This document shows, in pieces, positions 8,560-19,171 of a stretch of DNA of 64,000 nt. The stretch's first letter is position 1. The number at the start of each line of letters is the position of its first letter. The DNA is from Promethearchaeota archaeon (lineage in GTDB: Archaea; Asgardarchaeota; Lokiarchaeia; Sigyniarchaeales; SOKP01): contig JAHPZE010000001.1 in assembly GCA_019058365.1 (NCBI GenBank), forward strand, positions 160,001 to 224,000, read 5' to 3'. The position numbers and the translations under genes were made by a program. A model generated the notes under the pieces. That model did not search any database. It was not told the origin of the DNA and saw nothing but the letters and a program-made list of their open reading frames with translations.

Positions 8560-11505
8560 TTAAAATGTAATATTTTTTTTACGTGCAACAAATTTCACGA
8601 TCTCAAATGATACAATACAGATTAAAGAGATTAAGAAGCACACCAACCAATCTAATCCTGTTAAAAACATGAACATAAAATTAAGTCCTGCAGAAGCTAA
8701 GAAAACTTGTACTCCAGGAATATATATCAGAGCAATGAAAACAAAGAATAAAAGCCCAATTAGAACAAACATAAATTTATTTCGATCTTCAATAAGACTC
8801 TTTATCAACGATTTATTTGGCCTTCTAATCTGATATACAAGAATAGATTCACAGAAAAATAGAGTGCACATCATCATTGTTAATGTCTTTCCAATTCTTC
8901 TAATATAAATTAATTGTTCTAATGGATCTACTATTTCAGATGGTATTAACCCATTAATTTGAGATGGTATTAAATCTTTATTAAAATAAAGATAACCTTG
9001 AGGATAATTTTCAGGAAAAACAGGGTATATACCACTAAAAGTTATGAAATAGACTATTATCATACTTAAAGCAAGTAAAATGCCAAATATTAATAAAAGA
9101 ATTAAAATATTTTTTGAAAGGATTTCTTCTGAATCCCGTGGCTTTTCTTTCATTACATCTTTTGAAGTAGTATCAAATGTAAGAATTAGTCCTGGAAACA
9201 TGTGTAAAGTTATTGAGAGAAAAATCCATTGATAATAGAAAGCGTCATCTAAGAAGTAAGGTAAATCCAATATAATAGCTAATATAAATTGAACAATACC
9301 TTCAAAAACATTAATACAAATATAAAAGAATACCACAACACGGACTCTTGCAAATATTCCCCTCCCATGATGAATCCCTGTCACGATTGAGTTGAAGGAA
9401 TCATCTGAAATCACCATATCAGAAGCCTCCTTAGCTACATCAGTTCCTGCAATTCCCATAGCTATCCCTGCGTCTGCTAGGTTTAATGCTAAAGCATCAT
9501 TTACACCATCGCCCGTCATAGCAACAACTTTTTTTTGTTCTTGATATTTTTCAACGATATCTTCTTTATGTTCTGGAGACACTCGAGCAAATACTTTAAT
9601 TTTAGAAAATTCCTCATAAGATTCGATATTTTTAATATCTTTCCCTTCTACAACTATATCGCTATCGTCGGTTACAATAGCGATTTGTGAAGCAATAGCC
9701 CTCGCAGTAGCAGGAGAATCTCCTGTGATCATTACCACATTAACACCTGCTTCATGACATTGTTCTACAGACTCTCTTACACCATCTCTTGGAGGATCTA
9801 AAATTGTAACAAACCCAATAAATGTTAAGTCTGATTCACTTATTTCTCTGCCTTCAACTCCTTCTGGGGGTATCTCATTCATTTCTTTATAACATAAACT
9901 TAAAATTCTATAACCTTGATTTGCATATAAATTTACAATCTCCATAAGTTTCTTCTTTATCTCATCAGAAAATTCGATTTCACTATTATTATAAATTACT
10001 TTTGAACATAAAGGCATTAAAATTTCACTTGCACCCTTTGTGAAAGAAATGTAAATTTGATTTCTTTTGAAGAGTTTTGTCATTCTTTTTAAAGAAGAAT
10101 CAAATGGATATTCTGTAATAAATTCATAATCTTCAAGAATGTAATCACCCATACCCTTCTGGAATAAGACCATTAGTGCTCCCTCAGTAGGAGAGCCAAT
10201 AACATTCCAATTATAAATGGTTTTTCCAGCAATTTCAATTTCATTTTTTACCAATGCTGAATTATTATTTAAAAAGCCAGATGTTAAAAGTAATTTAAGA
10301 TAGGGGTATTCATTGATGTGCTTAACATAAACATGATTCTTAGGGTCATCCATTAACAAAATATCCCCATCGGGGGTGTAACCACTACCCGTTACTCTAA
10401 ATATTGATCCATTTGTCCAAACATATTGAATTGACATCTGGTTTTTAGTTAATGTACCTGTTTTATCAGAACAAACTACACTTACACGTCCTAAACTGTC
10501 AACAGAAGCAAGATTACGTATAATTACACCTTGATGCCCCATTGCTAATACACCAGTTATTAAAACTATCATTGTTAACAATGGTAAATTAATAGGCATT
10601 AAATCGAGAGCAGAATTAAGACTTTTAACAATTTCTAATCGTCGTAGTCCACTTGCGAGCCAAATAATCATTAATGTAATAAACCAAAATATAAAAACTC
10701 CTAATCCCAACCATTTGCCAAAATTATTCATTTTCTGTCGTATTGGAATCTCGCTCGTACCAGCTTCTTCTAATCCATGAGAAATCTTACCAATTTCTGT
10801 ATCTCCACCAGTTTTTACAACTATTGATTTACCATTCCCTGTACTGATATAAGTCCCATAGAAGACCATATTAATCCGTTCTCCTATTGAAATGTCTTTT
10901 TTAATTAAAGACTGACCTCTTTCTGATTTTCGTACGGGTTCTGATTCTCCCGTTAATGAAGCTTCATTTACCAATAAATTGTAAGATTCTATAATTCTAG
11001 AATCTGCAGGAATTTTATCTCCTTGACTTAGCTCTAATACATCACCGATTACTATTTCTTTAGTCGGAATTTCTTTTTTTTGACCATCTCTTATTATGGT
11101 TGACGTCGGTGCTGTTAACTCACGTAAAGCCTTAAGTTTTTTAGTTGCTCTATATTGTTGAATAATAGCGACTAAACAATTTAAAAAAACAATTCCTAAT
11201 GTCAATGCAATAAAAGTTAAATTTCCCTCTCCAATGAAAAACCACGCTAAAAATAAAATTAAAGCCCCAATTAAATATATTACAATTAACCAATTAAACA
11301 ATGGCGCAAGATATATTTTAATAAATCCTTTTGATACTTTGGGAATTTCATTTAAACCGTATTTTTCCAATCGGTTTGTAGCTTCTTTTTCAGATAAACC
11401 ATTCTTAGGATCAGTTTGAAATTTTTTATAGATTTCGTCCAATTCAAGATTATAAAAATTTTCTTCTGTAGATTCCATTGGTGATTCTTCCACAGTTTTT
11501 AACAT
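8560..11505 (-). CDS. P-type ATPase with P2A-like scaffold and atypical PINL TM4 motif (copy 1)
   Basis: TGES, DKTGT, KGASE, DPPR, MITGD and TGDGVNDA motifs, about 10 TM helices. TM4 reads MPINLP instead of IPEGLP. Confidence 0.95.
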   Translation of the reverse strand: MLKTVEESPMESTEENFYNLELDEIYKKFQTDPKNGLSEKEATNRLEKYGLNEIPKVSKGFIKIYLAPLFNWLIVIYLIGALILFLAWFFIGEGNLTFIALTLGIVFLNCLVAIIQQYRATKKLKALRELTAPTSTIIRDGQKKEIPTKEIVIGDVLELSQGDKIPADSRIIESYNLLVNEASLTGESEPVRKSERGQSLIKKDISIGERINMVFYGTYISTGNGKSIVVKTGGDTEIGKISHGLEEAGTSEIPIRQKMNNFGKWLGLGVFIFWFITLMIIWLASGLRRLEIVKSLNSALDLMPINLPLLTMIVLITGVLAMGHQGVIIRNLASVDSLGRVSVVCSDKTGTLTKNQMSIQYVWTNGSIFRVTGSGYTPDGDILLMDDPKNHVYVKHINEYPYLKLLLTSGFLNNNSALVKNEIEIAGKTIYNWNVIGSPTEGALMVLFQKGMGDYILEDYEFITEYPFDSSLKRMTKLFKRNQIYISFTKGASEILMPLCSKVIYNNSEIEFSDEIKKKLMEIVNLYANQGYRILSLCYKEMNEIPPEGVEGREISESDLTFIGFVTILDPPRDGVRESVEQCHEAGVNVVMITGDSPATARAIASQIAIVTDDSDIVVEGKDIKNIESYEEFSKIKVFARVSPEHKEDIVEKYQEQKKVVAMTGDGVNDALALNLADAGIAMGIAGTDVAKEASDMVISDDSFNSIVTGIHHGRGIFARVRVVVFFYICINVFEGIVQFILAIILDLPYFLDDAFYYQWIFLSITLHMFPGLILTFDTTSKDVMKEKPRDSEEILSKNILILLLIFGILLALSMIIVYFITFSGIYPVFPENYPQGYLYFNKDLIPSQINGLIPSEIVDPLEQLIYIRRIGKTLTMMMCTLFFCESILVYQIRRPNKSLIKSLIEDRNKFMFVLIGLLFFVFIALIYIPGVQVFLASAGLNFMFMFLTGLDWLVCFLISLICIVSFEIVKFVARKKNITF

Positions 11506-11623
11506 ATAATTGAATTCAAATTTCTATTCAATATAATAAATAACCTATGATATTCATAACTTTTAATTTATTGCTTTTTTACTAGAATGCATTCAATAGT
11601 AATTTTTCAACATAAAAACAAAA

Positions 11624-14494
11624 TTAAAAATGAATCTTTTTTTCTCGAGCAAAATATTTAAACACTTCAATACCAAATATCCCCGGTAAAGCAAATAAAG
11701 TACAGAGTATCCAATCTGTCCCGCTTAGGAACATGAAATTTATCTGCAACCCTAACCCGAAAACATCATTTATATAGTAATTAACAAGGTATGAAAAACA
11801 AATAAAAAGAATATGCAAACCTAAGGTAAACATACACATAACTAGTAATGAGAGGCTAAATTCTTCTTTTATACTTCTTTTAAGAGATTTATTTGGTCTT
11901 CTAAATGCCCATATGAAATTAGTTTCGAGAATAAATATTGTGGTAATAAACATAGTTCTTGCTTTTTGAGCTATCAATTCAGAAGAAGAAGCGGCAGAAT
12001 TAAAATAACTAATATATGGATTTAAATTCCAATCATTTAAAGGAATAACTTGCCATAATGTTAATTGTAAAATCAAAACTAATCCTAATCCCATGAGAAA
12101 AGCTTGTAGTAATAACATTATCCAGATATTCTTATTTAATATTTGTTCTTCATCTCTAGGAGGTTCTAACATTATATCTTTTGGATGTGTATCTATCACC
12201 AATGCTAATGAAGGAAGAGAGTGTGCAATACCAAAAATATAAATATGTTGCCATTCTGAACTGAAGAGATCAAATGTGGGTATAAATTCATAAGTAAAAA
12301 AGATGATGGCTTCCATTATATTCAAACAAATAAAGAAATATATTATAGTCCTAATTTTTGAAAATAAGCCACGGCCAATCCTAACGCCTTTTTCTATGGA
12401 TGTAAAATTATCGTCTGAGATAACCATATCGGCAATTTCTTTTGCAACATCTGTTCCCGTGATACCCATAGCTATACCCGCATTAGCGAGTTTTAAAGCC
12501 AGTGAATCATTTATTCCATCTCCTGTCATAGCAACTACGTGATCATCTTCCTGATAACGTTTAACAATGATTTCCTTATCGGATGGTTCAACACGAGCAA
12601 AGACAGAAATATTTTCAAAATCTAGCTTTGTAGAACTTCTCAACTGAGAACCTTCGATAACTAAAGCTCCTTCTTTGTGAATTCCCATTTGTGTAGCGAT
12701 TGTTTTGGCTGTTGCGGGGTGATCACCAGTAATCATTGCAACTTTTATACCCCCATTTTGGCATTGTTCAATAGACTCTTTAACTCCTTTTCTTGGAGGG
12801 TCCATAATTGAAACAAATCCTATGAAAATTAGTTCTTTTTCTACATCTTCTCTTTTAGGTTTGTTAACATTAGTAAGCATTTTATAAGATAAAGCAAGCG
12901 TTCTATATCCTTCATTTGCACGATCTGTTATTTTATTCAATATTTCTTTTTTAAAGTTAGAATCTAAAGGTTTTAAATTTCCATTTATATCAATACTAGA
13001 AGAAATCTCAATAATTCTTTCAGGAGCTCCTTTAGTAAAGACAAATATATCATATTTATTATTATCAGATTTACAAATTGAGCTCATTCGTTTTAATTCA
13101 GAAGTAAAAGAAAATTCGGTAATGAATTCATATTTCTTTTTAATATCGTAGGGGATATATCCTGCCTTTTCAACTAATACTAATAAAGCTGCTTCAGTTG
13201 GAGAACCTAGGGCTCGCCTTACCGCCATTTCTCTTTTTTCCTTTAATCTAATTTTCACATCTTCATATGCTAATTGAGCATTATTATTTAAGACCATTGA
13301 ATCTATAAATTTAATAAACGTAGGATTATCTTTCAAACTTATAGGAATACTATTTTTAAATATTTCTCCTTCAGAATCATAACCAGACCCTGTAACGTCA
13401 TATTCTTCCTCGTTAATCCAAAATTTTTCAACAGTCATCTCATTTTTTGTAATAGTGCCTGTTTTATCTGAACAGATTACAGAAACCCTACCAAGTGACT
13501 CTATGGAAGAGAGATTTTTAATTATTACCCCACTTTGAGCCATATTGAGTACACCTGTAATTAAAACCAATGTTGACAAAATGGGAAGATTAATAGGTAA
13601 GACATTGATAGCTCTTAGTATAGAACTGACAAGAGCGCCACTTATTTCTGATTGAATGAAATTTCCTTCAATTAACAATAAAGAAAATTTATAAATGATT
13701 AAAATGATTAAATTTATTACCACGATCGTCCCTAAAATATACCCTAATCTATTTAATTTTCTTGTTAGTGGGATATCTTCAATACTCCCCATTTCATTAA
13801 GGGTTTCAGATATCTTTCCAATCTCAGTATTAATACCTGTTCCTGTAATCAATGCTTTTGCTCTCCCAGTATAAACATATGTTCCCATAAATACCATATT
13901 AATTTGCTTTTGTATTGAAACATCATTCTCTTCGATAATATTATTGGTTTTTTCTACTGGTTCACTTTCACCAGTTAAAGGAGCTTCATCAATGGTAAGA
14001 TTTACATAATTTATGATTCTCCCATCTGCGGGGATTTTATCTCCTTGTTCCAAAACCACAACATCTCCGGGTAATAATTCTCTATTTAGTACTTCGAATT
14101 GATTCCCGTCTCTAATTACTGTGGCTTTTAATGCAGAAATTTTCCGTAGGGATTCTAAAGCCTTCTGTGCTCTATATTGTTGAATTACTACTGTGGCAGA
14201 GTTTAAAATTACAACGGTAAATGTTATAACTGTGTCTTTTGCAGAACCCAAAATTACAATCACTACGCCTGTTATAATAAGAATCATAATCAAAAAGTTG
14301 AAAATTGGAGCAAGATAAATCTTCCAAATTGATTTTTTTATTTTTGGTAATTCATTAAATCCAAATTTTAGATATCTATCATTTAATTCTGATGATTTCA
14401 ATCCATGATCTATATCAGTATTGAAAATGCTGATTAGATCTTCAATGGATTGACTGTAATATTTGATTTCATTAGGTTTTTCTGATGATGACAT
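11624..14494 (-). CDS. P-type ATPase with P2A-like scaffold and atypical PINL TM4 motif (copy 2)
   Basis: TGES, DKTGT, KGAPE, DPPR, MITGD and TGDGINDS motifs. TM4 reads LPINLP. Confidence 0.95.
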   Translation of the reverse strand: MSSSEKPNEIKYYSQSIEDLISIFNTDIDHGLKSSELNDRYLKFGFNELPKIKKSIWKIYLAPIFNFLIMILIITGVVIVILGSAKDTVITFTVVILNSATVVIQQYRAQKALESLRKISALKATVIRDGNQFEVLNRELLPGDVVVLEQGDKIPADGRIINYVNLTIDEAPLTGESEPVEKTNNIIEENDVSIQKQINMVFMGTYVYTGRAKALITGTGINTEIGKISETLNEMGSIEDIPLTRKLNRLGYILGTIVVINLIILIIYKFSLLLIEGNFIQSEISGALVSSILRAINVLPINLPILSTLVLITGVLNMAQSGVIIKNLSSIESLGRVSVICSDKTGTITKNEMTVEKFWINEEEYDVTGSGYDSEGEIFKNSIPISLKDNPTFIKFIDSMVLNNNAQLAYEDVKIRLKEKREMAVRRALGSPTEAALLVLVEKAGYIPYDIKKKYEFITEFSFTSELKRMSSICKSDNNKYDIFVFTKGAPERIIEISSSIDINGNLKPLDSNFKKEILNKITDRANEGYRTLALSYKMLTNVNKPKREDVEKELIFIGFVSIMDPPRKGVKESIEQCQNGGIKVAMITGDHPATAKTIATQMGIHKEGALVIEGSQLRSSTKLDFENISVFARVEPSDKEIIVKRYQEDDHVVAMTGDGINDSLALKLANAGIAMGITGTDVAKEIADMVISDDNFTSIEKGVRIGRGLFSKIRTIIYFFICLNIMEAIIFFTYEFIPTFDLFSSEWQHIYIFGIAHSLPSLALVIDTHPKDIMLEPPRDEEQILNKNIWIMLLLQAFLMGLGLVLILQLTLWQVIPLNDWNLNPYISYFNSAASSSELIAQKARTMFITTIFILETNFIWAFRRPNKSLKRSIKEEFSLSLLVMCMFTLGLHILFICFSYLVNYYINDVFGLGLQINFMFLSGTDWILCTLFALPGIFGIEVFKYFAREKKIHF

Positions 14495-14586
14495 CTTAAT
14501 TATTTAAACTGTAAGTTTAATTTAAATATTATTTAATAAGGTTTTGAAGTATATTAATGATTTAGACTTAGGATACTCCTAAAAAA

Positions 14587-15552
14587 TCATAATTTAAGAT
14601 TTTGCGGATTTCCTAATAATTCTTTTAAAAAATGATACTTCTTTCTAATAGTAGTACTTGAAAATTTGCTCGTGCGTTCTATAAGGCTTTGAGTAAATAT
14701 TTTTCGATTGTCAAGTGTTTGTCCTATATAATAAATCAATCCCGCTGTAAATGCTTTATAATTTAGGTTCTGAATTTGGCTATATGAGATTATTTTTAAA
14801 ACTTTATCAGCTAATAATAGCATTTCAATTTTAATTTTTTCATATTCAACCTTATCTGTAAAAAACTCTTGAATTCCTTGGTATGAGATATTGTTCAAAT
14901 CTTTTTGAAAAACAATTTTTATTTTATTTTTAATCTCATATTCTATTTCTAAAGCACTTTTTTTCTCTTTAAATATCTTTTCAGTTCTTTTAACTTTTAG
15001 CATAGCGTTATTGATCATCTTTTTATTGATTTTATGCCCTAATTCTCTGGAAGCTTTAATGAATTCTTCGATTCGTATATTTGTGGTATCTTTTATTTTT
15101 AACCATACAATTGCGAGAAAAATAATAACCATATTTTGATAATTATGGCGATGGTATTTGTTATAGTTCAAATACCTGTCCTTAATTTCTTGGTATTTTA
15201 CATTATCAATGTTTAATCCTATCCCATGGCTTTTTAATAATTCAATTGTCTTTTTTTGTTCAGTAAAATCAGATTCATAGTCTCGGAACCATTTTTCAAG
15301 TGTTTTAATTCGATCGTATTTCTCTTTTATTACGGGATCTTGAAGAGCCTTCGAATTACTTATATTGATTTTTCTTTCATAGTCTCTCTGCGAATCTGTA
15401 TAAAGGTCGCTAGTTGATGCTGTGGATTCAAAAGCTAAATTATCTTCCATAATTAATCCACAATCTTGACAGACTATGAATCCACTGTCTTGTTTGATAT
15501 TTTTATGCGGACACGTAAAAATTTCCGATTTGGAGTTTTTCTTATTATTCAA
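14587..15552 (-). CDS. Divergent TFB/TFIIB-like protein (Zn ribbon plus cyclin-like repeats)
   Basis: N-terminal CPH...VCQDCG ribbon; C-terminal AFTAGLIYYIG...FTQSLIERTSKFSSTTIRKKY resembles the TFB repeat-2 HTH. Confidence 0.7.
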   Translation of the reverse strand: MNNKKNSKSEIFTCPHKNIKQDSGFIVCQDCGLIMEDNLAFESTASTSDLYTDSQRDYERKINISNSKALQDPVIKEKYDRIKTLEKWFRDYESDFTEQKKTIELLKSHGIGLNIDNVKYQEIKDRYLNYNKYHRHNYQNMVIIFLAIVWLKIKDTTNIRIEEFIKASRELGHKINKKMINNAMLKVKRTEKIFKEKKSALEIEYEIKNKIKIVFQKDLNNISYQGIQEFFTDKVEYEKIKIEMLLLADKVLKIISYSQIQNLNYKAFTAGLIYYIGQTLDNRKIFTQSLIERTSKFSSTTIRKKYHFLKELLGNPQNLKL

Positions 15553-15704
15553 TCAAAAATCAATTTAAAATATTTAATTACTATTAAATAGAATTTGTGT
15601 TAAAAACAATAATATTAAAAATTTTTATTAATTTCAAAAACAATAATAAGTATAATTGCATAAAAAATTTTCTTGGTTTTTTAAAAAAATTAAGGTGAAT
15701 TAAA

Positions 15705-16262
15705 ATGGAATATAAAAAAGTTCTAAAATTTCTTCAAATCATCGGTTCTATATTTATCATTCTTTCATTAATCGAGATTGCTTATATCATTTTATTCAAT
15801 TTTACCCCATTTATTCTTGATGGAAATTCACTTTTATTATCGGAATTTTTATACTCATCAACAATTTTCCCATTTTCAGGGACTATATTATATCTATTTC
15901 TATTAATCGCTATGTTTTGTTATTTAATCATAGGAATTTTCTTGTTTAGAATATCTTTAAAAAATAACATCGAAAGCATTCCATTAGCAAAGTTCATAGT
16001 CGTTATTGGTATGGTAATTTTATTAGGAGCTTTTATTAAAATGAACTATTTAGTATTATTAGGTAAAACTGCTATTACAACACCCTTTACTACTATCCAT
16101 TTTCAAACTGCTCTTTATGATATGGATATTACTTCAATTGCACCAGCAATCTTTTGGGTTTTCTTTATGACTGTAAATACTTACTATTTACTTATTGGAT
16201 TAACTATTACTGCTGTTGGAATAAAATATACTCTGCAACAAGAACAAGCGAAAAAATCTTAA
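15705..16262 (+). CDS. Hypothetical membrane protein (about 4 TM)
   Basis: 185-aa ORF with four hydrophobic segments; AGGTGA SD-like motif upstream. Confidence 0.75.
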   Translation: MEYKKVLKFLQIIGSIFIILSLIEIAYIILFNFTPFILDGNSLLLSEFLYSSTIFPFSGTILYLFLLIAMFCYLIIGIFLFRISLKNNIESIPLAKFIVVIGMVILLGAFIKMNYLVLLGKTAITTPFTTIHFQTALYDMDITSIAPAIFWVFFMTVNTYYLLIGLTITAVGIKYTLQQEQAKKS

Positions 16263-16381
16263 ATTTTTATTAAAAATGATAAAAAAGAAGTTAAGAATAT
16301 TTATTTTTAATCTCTATTAAACGAGATAATAACAAAAAATAAATTGAATTTGATTTAATTTTGCAAAGTTATAAAAGTGTC

Positions 16382-17308
16382 TTATGTCAACTTACTTTTA
16401 ATCTGTTTGGCTCGACTTCGCAAAGTTACCTCTGTAATCTTCGCAATCTCAGCCACACGGGACTGAGTTTTGCGAATACATCCGTTTTTCGCAGCAATGT
16501 AAATACATGCTGCAGCTAATCCTTTTGGGTCTTTTCCCGTTCTTTTAAGACCATTTTTTGAAGCATCTTTCAACATATTAATTGCATTTTTTTGTATTTT
16601 TATTGGTAGATCTAGTTCATTACCAAATCGAAATACCAAACTCTCAGCAGTTATGGGCTGATACCTTAAATTAAGCTCAGGTAATACCTCACGGATAATC
16701 ATAGCTAAACTTCTATGAACTGTACGCCTTGGTGTTAATGATGCTTCGCATATCTCATCTAATAATCGTGGAAAATCATGAACACGTATAGCAGCATATA
16801 AGGAACCTGAAATAAACCCATTAATTGATCTACCCATAGTTAATTTCTTTTTTGCCACAATACTATATATTTTCCACGCTGTTTCAGCAATGTATTCTGG
16901 TATATTTAATTTAGAAGTCAACATTTTTAATTTCGGTTTTGCTTCCCAAAAATTCCTCTCAATACTAGAGATTAAAGAATTTTGAATTTTTGAGAGTCGA
17001 GAGAAGAGAGCTTGCTCCTTGGCACCAATAGATTTACCTTTACTGTCAGTTTTCGTATTTGGTAACATAGTACGTGGTCCAAAATCTCTCCATCGAGGTT
17101 CTGTTCTACGACGATTTTGAATCTCTTCAATTGTATAAGCTCTCCTTTCATTTCCAACAAATGTTCGTTCAAAAATAATGCCACAATTTAAGCAAACTTT
17201 ATTCCCATCTCGAGATTCAATAATAGGATTTTCACAACATATTGATTGGGGTAATTGATCTTCATCGATTTTATTATTAAAAATTCGGTCACGATACTGC
17301 TCATTCAT
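16382..17308 (-). CDS. tfb: Transcription initiation factor IIB (TFB)
   Basis: CC...VCLNCG ribbon, B-reader-like ERRAY...RRRTEP, SSIERNF, GRSINGFISGSLYAAIR, GKDPKGLAAACIYIA, TQSRVAEIAKITEVTLRSR. Confidence 0.93.
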   Translation of the reverse strand: MNEQYRDRIFNNKIDEDQLPQSICCENPIIESRDGNKVCLNCGIIFERTFVGNERRAYTIEEIQNRRRTEPRWRDFGPRTMLPNTKTDSKGKSIGAKEQALFSRLSKIQNSLISSIERNFWEAKPKLKMLTSKLNIPEYIAETAWKIYSIVAKKKLTMGRSINGFISGSLYAAIRVHDFPRLLDEICEASLTPRRTVHRSLAMIIREVLPELNLRYQPITAESLVFRFGNELDLPIKIQKNAINMLKDASKNGLKRTGKDPKGLAAACIYIAAKNGCIRKTQSRVAEIAKITEVTLRSRAKQIKSKLT

Positions 17309-17543
17309 GATGATTCACAATAAAATAAATTGTTAAAAAAGCGCTAATTACTTCATATCACGGCTATTAAATTATTAATAGTAGGTGATATGCTTATTGA
17401 TCAAAGTTACATATTTAAACATTTTGAAAAAAAGTTGTTGAAGACAATTTTTTCTGAATTTTTTTTTACCAAATTAAAAAAGGATGGGTAAATTTTCCCA
17501 ATTTTTAAAAAACTAAGTGAACACATTTAACTAAATATTGAAT

Positions 17544-17819
17544 TTATTGTCTTCTAACATATTTTATAAGTTTTAAAAGTAAGATTGTTCCAATTATAGC
17601 CATTGTGAATAAAATCAATGTACTGTATGGTGTAAATGAGCAATGTGCGTAGTATCCTAGATAACATGGTTTACTCGCATTATCCGGAATTAGAGTCATA
17701 ATCCCTGAAACTATTCCACCTATTATTAATGCTCCTACGAAAATTGTATATAATAAAATTAGGATTGATTTTATTATCTTTCTCGATATGTTTTTTACTG
17801 AGTTTTTATTTATTTCCAT
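17544..17819 (-). CDS. Small 2-TM membrane protein with Cys-containing loop
   Basis: Two TM segments flanking ASKPCYLGYYAHCSFTP; GAGGTGA SD upstream. Confidence 0.75.
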   Translation of the reverse strand: MEINKNSVKNISRKIIKSILILLYTIFVGALIIGGIVSGIMTLIPDNASKPCYLGYYAHCSFTPYSTLILFTMAIIGTILLLKLIKYVRRQ

Positions 17820-17981
17820 TAATTTTCACCTCATATAGTTTTGAGTTAAGATAATAGACTCCATTCTCCTCATATATTTCCATGTAAACTGAAACCTGTA
17901 TAAAACAATCATAATAAATTATGGAAAGTATTGGATTTTCAATTAAAATATAAAAAAATTATGGATTTAATAATTCATTTA

Positions 17982-17997
17982 TCAACCAAATAGTTGA
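17982..17997. promoter_or_regulatory. Possible operator (TCAAC-N6-GTTGA) in divergent promoter region
   Basis: Short inverted repeat with degenerate copies nearby; an Lrp/AsnC regulator is encoded two genes away. Arms are only 5 bp. Confidence 0.25.
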
Positions 17998-18101
17998 AAA
18001 TTTAACTATATTTGATACTGAAATAGGTTGACTCATTAGCTCTTATCTGAACTTAGAATTATATCTAGAAGGATTCTATACATAAATTAAAAAACAATGA
18101 G

Positions 18102-18299
18102 GTGATAATAATTAATTTTAATTACCCATGCCCTAAAACAGGATGTTCAAATCATGGAAATTGCGAGGAATGTGAAAAATATCATTCTACTTTAAATAGT
18201 TTGCCCTTTTGCAAACGTGAACATGGCTTTTTCACAAAAGTCTTTTATCGTAAAAATTATCAAATGTTTCAAACGTTAAAAAAGGAGGGAAAAGTATGA
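18102..18299 (+). CDS. Small Cys/His-rich putative metal-binding protein
   Basis: CPKTGCSNHGNCEECEKYH...LPFC; ATGA overlap with the next gene. Confidence 0.65.
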   Translation: MIIINFNYPCPKTGCSNHGNCEECEKYHSTLNSLPFCKREHGFFTKVFYRKNYQMFQTLKKEGKV

Positions 18300-19138
18300 A
18301 AAAAGCTATTATACTCTATGATTCTGTATATGGAAATACTAAAAAAGTTGCAATGTCATTGAGCCGTGGATTAGAAGCAGGAGGACTTTATGTAGATAGT
18401 AGTTCTATTCAAAATTTTGATATAGTAAAATTAGAAAACTATGATATTATTGGAATTGGTGGTCCAACACATTTTCACGGAGCTTCGAAACAAATGAAAT
18501 TATTCTTAAACAGGATTAGACATGTCAAAATAGGGAATAAATATGGGTTTGCTTTTGAGACAAAAACAGATTTTAGATTAGCAGGATCTGCTGCCAAACG
18601 GATTATGAGATATTTAAAAAAGATGAAGTTAAAAATTATCCATTCCATCATAACTGGAATAGTTTTCGATAAAGAAGGTCCCTTACAAGAATCTACTTCA
18701 GATATGATGGAGCAAGTTGGATTAAATATCTCAGACAAAATAAATAATAGCAATACTCAAAAAGACATTAATCAAAAGATTAAAAATCTTAAAAATTCAA
18801 ATATTAATTTGTATTTAAATCGATTAAAATGGGTCCTTTTAGGAGGAGGTCCAATTTTTTTCTTTGTTCGAGCATTCTACCTTGCAAGTACAGGTGGGGA
18901 TTGTTTTGGTACAATAAATCCGATTTTCTCTTGGTTTCTTCTCTCATCAGAAATTAGTTTATCAGGAATGGTGGGGGTTGCAGGGATATCAGGTTTAATA
19001 CTATGGAAAAGAAAGGCAAATCAGATGGAGACGTTAAAAAAATTAAATTTACGAAAGATTGTCTTGTTTGGGGGTAGTACTACATATATGGTACATTTTA
19101 TAAGGGTTGTTATTTGGATAATGCTATGTGTAATATAA
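18296..19138 (+). CDS. Flavodoxin-domain protein with C-terminal membrane domain
   Basis: YDSVYGNTKKVA FMN-binding loop, IGIGGPTH, FAFETK; about three C-terminal hydrophobic segments. Confidence 0.85.
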   Translation: MKKAIILYDSVYGNTKKVAMSLSRGLEAGGLYVDSSSIQNFDIVKLENYDIIGIGGPTHFHGASKQMKLFLNRIRHVKIGNKYGFAFETKTDFRLAGSAAKRIMRYLKKMKLKIIHSIITGIVFDKEGPLQESTSDMMEQVGLNISDKINNSNTQKDINQKIKNLKNSNINLYLNRLKWVLLGGGPIFFFVRAFYLASTGGDCFGTINPIFSWFLLSSEISLSGMVGVAGISGLILWKRKANQMETLKKLNLRKIVLFGGSTTYMVHFIRVVIWIMLCVI

Positions 19139-19171
19139 GCTGGTAACTTTAAAATTAAATTAATATTTTTT

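Noticed and set aside
8560-14494. Default annotation as Ca2+-transporting ATPases
   Set aside because: Site II ligands (E309, N796, D800 equivalents) are absent in both copies.
15705-16262. Candidate CDC50-like beta subunit for the PINL ATPases
   Set aside because: It has about four TM helices with short loops, whereas CDC50 has two TM helices flanking a large ectodomain.
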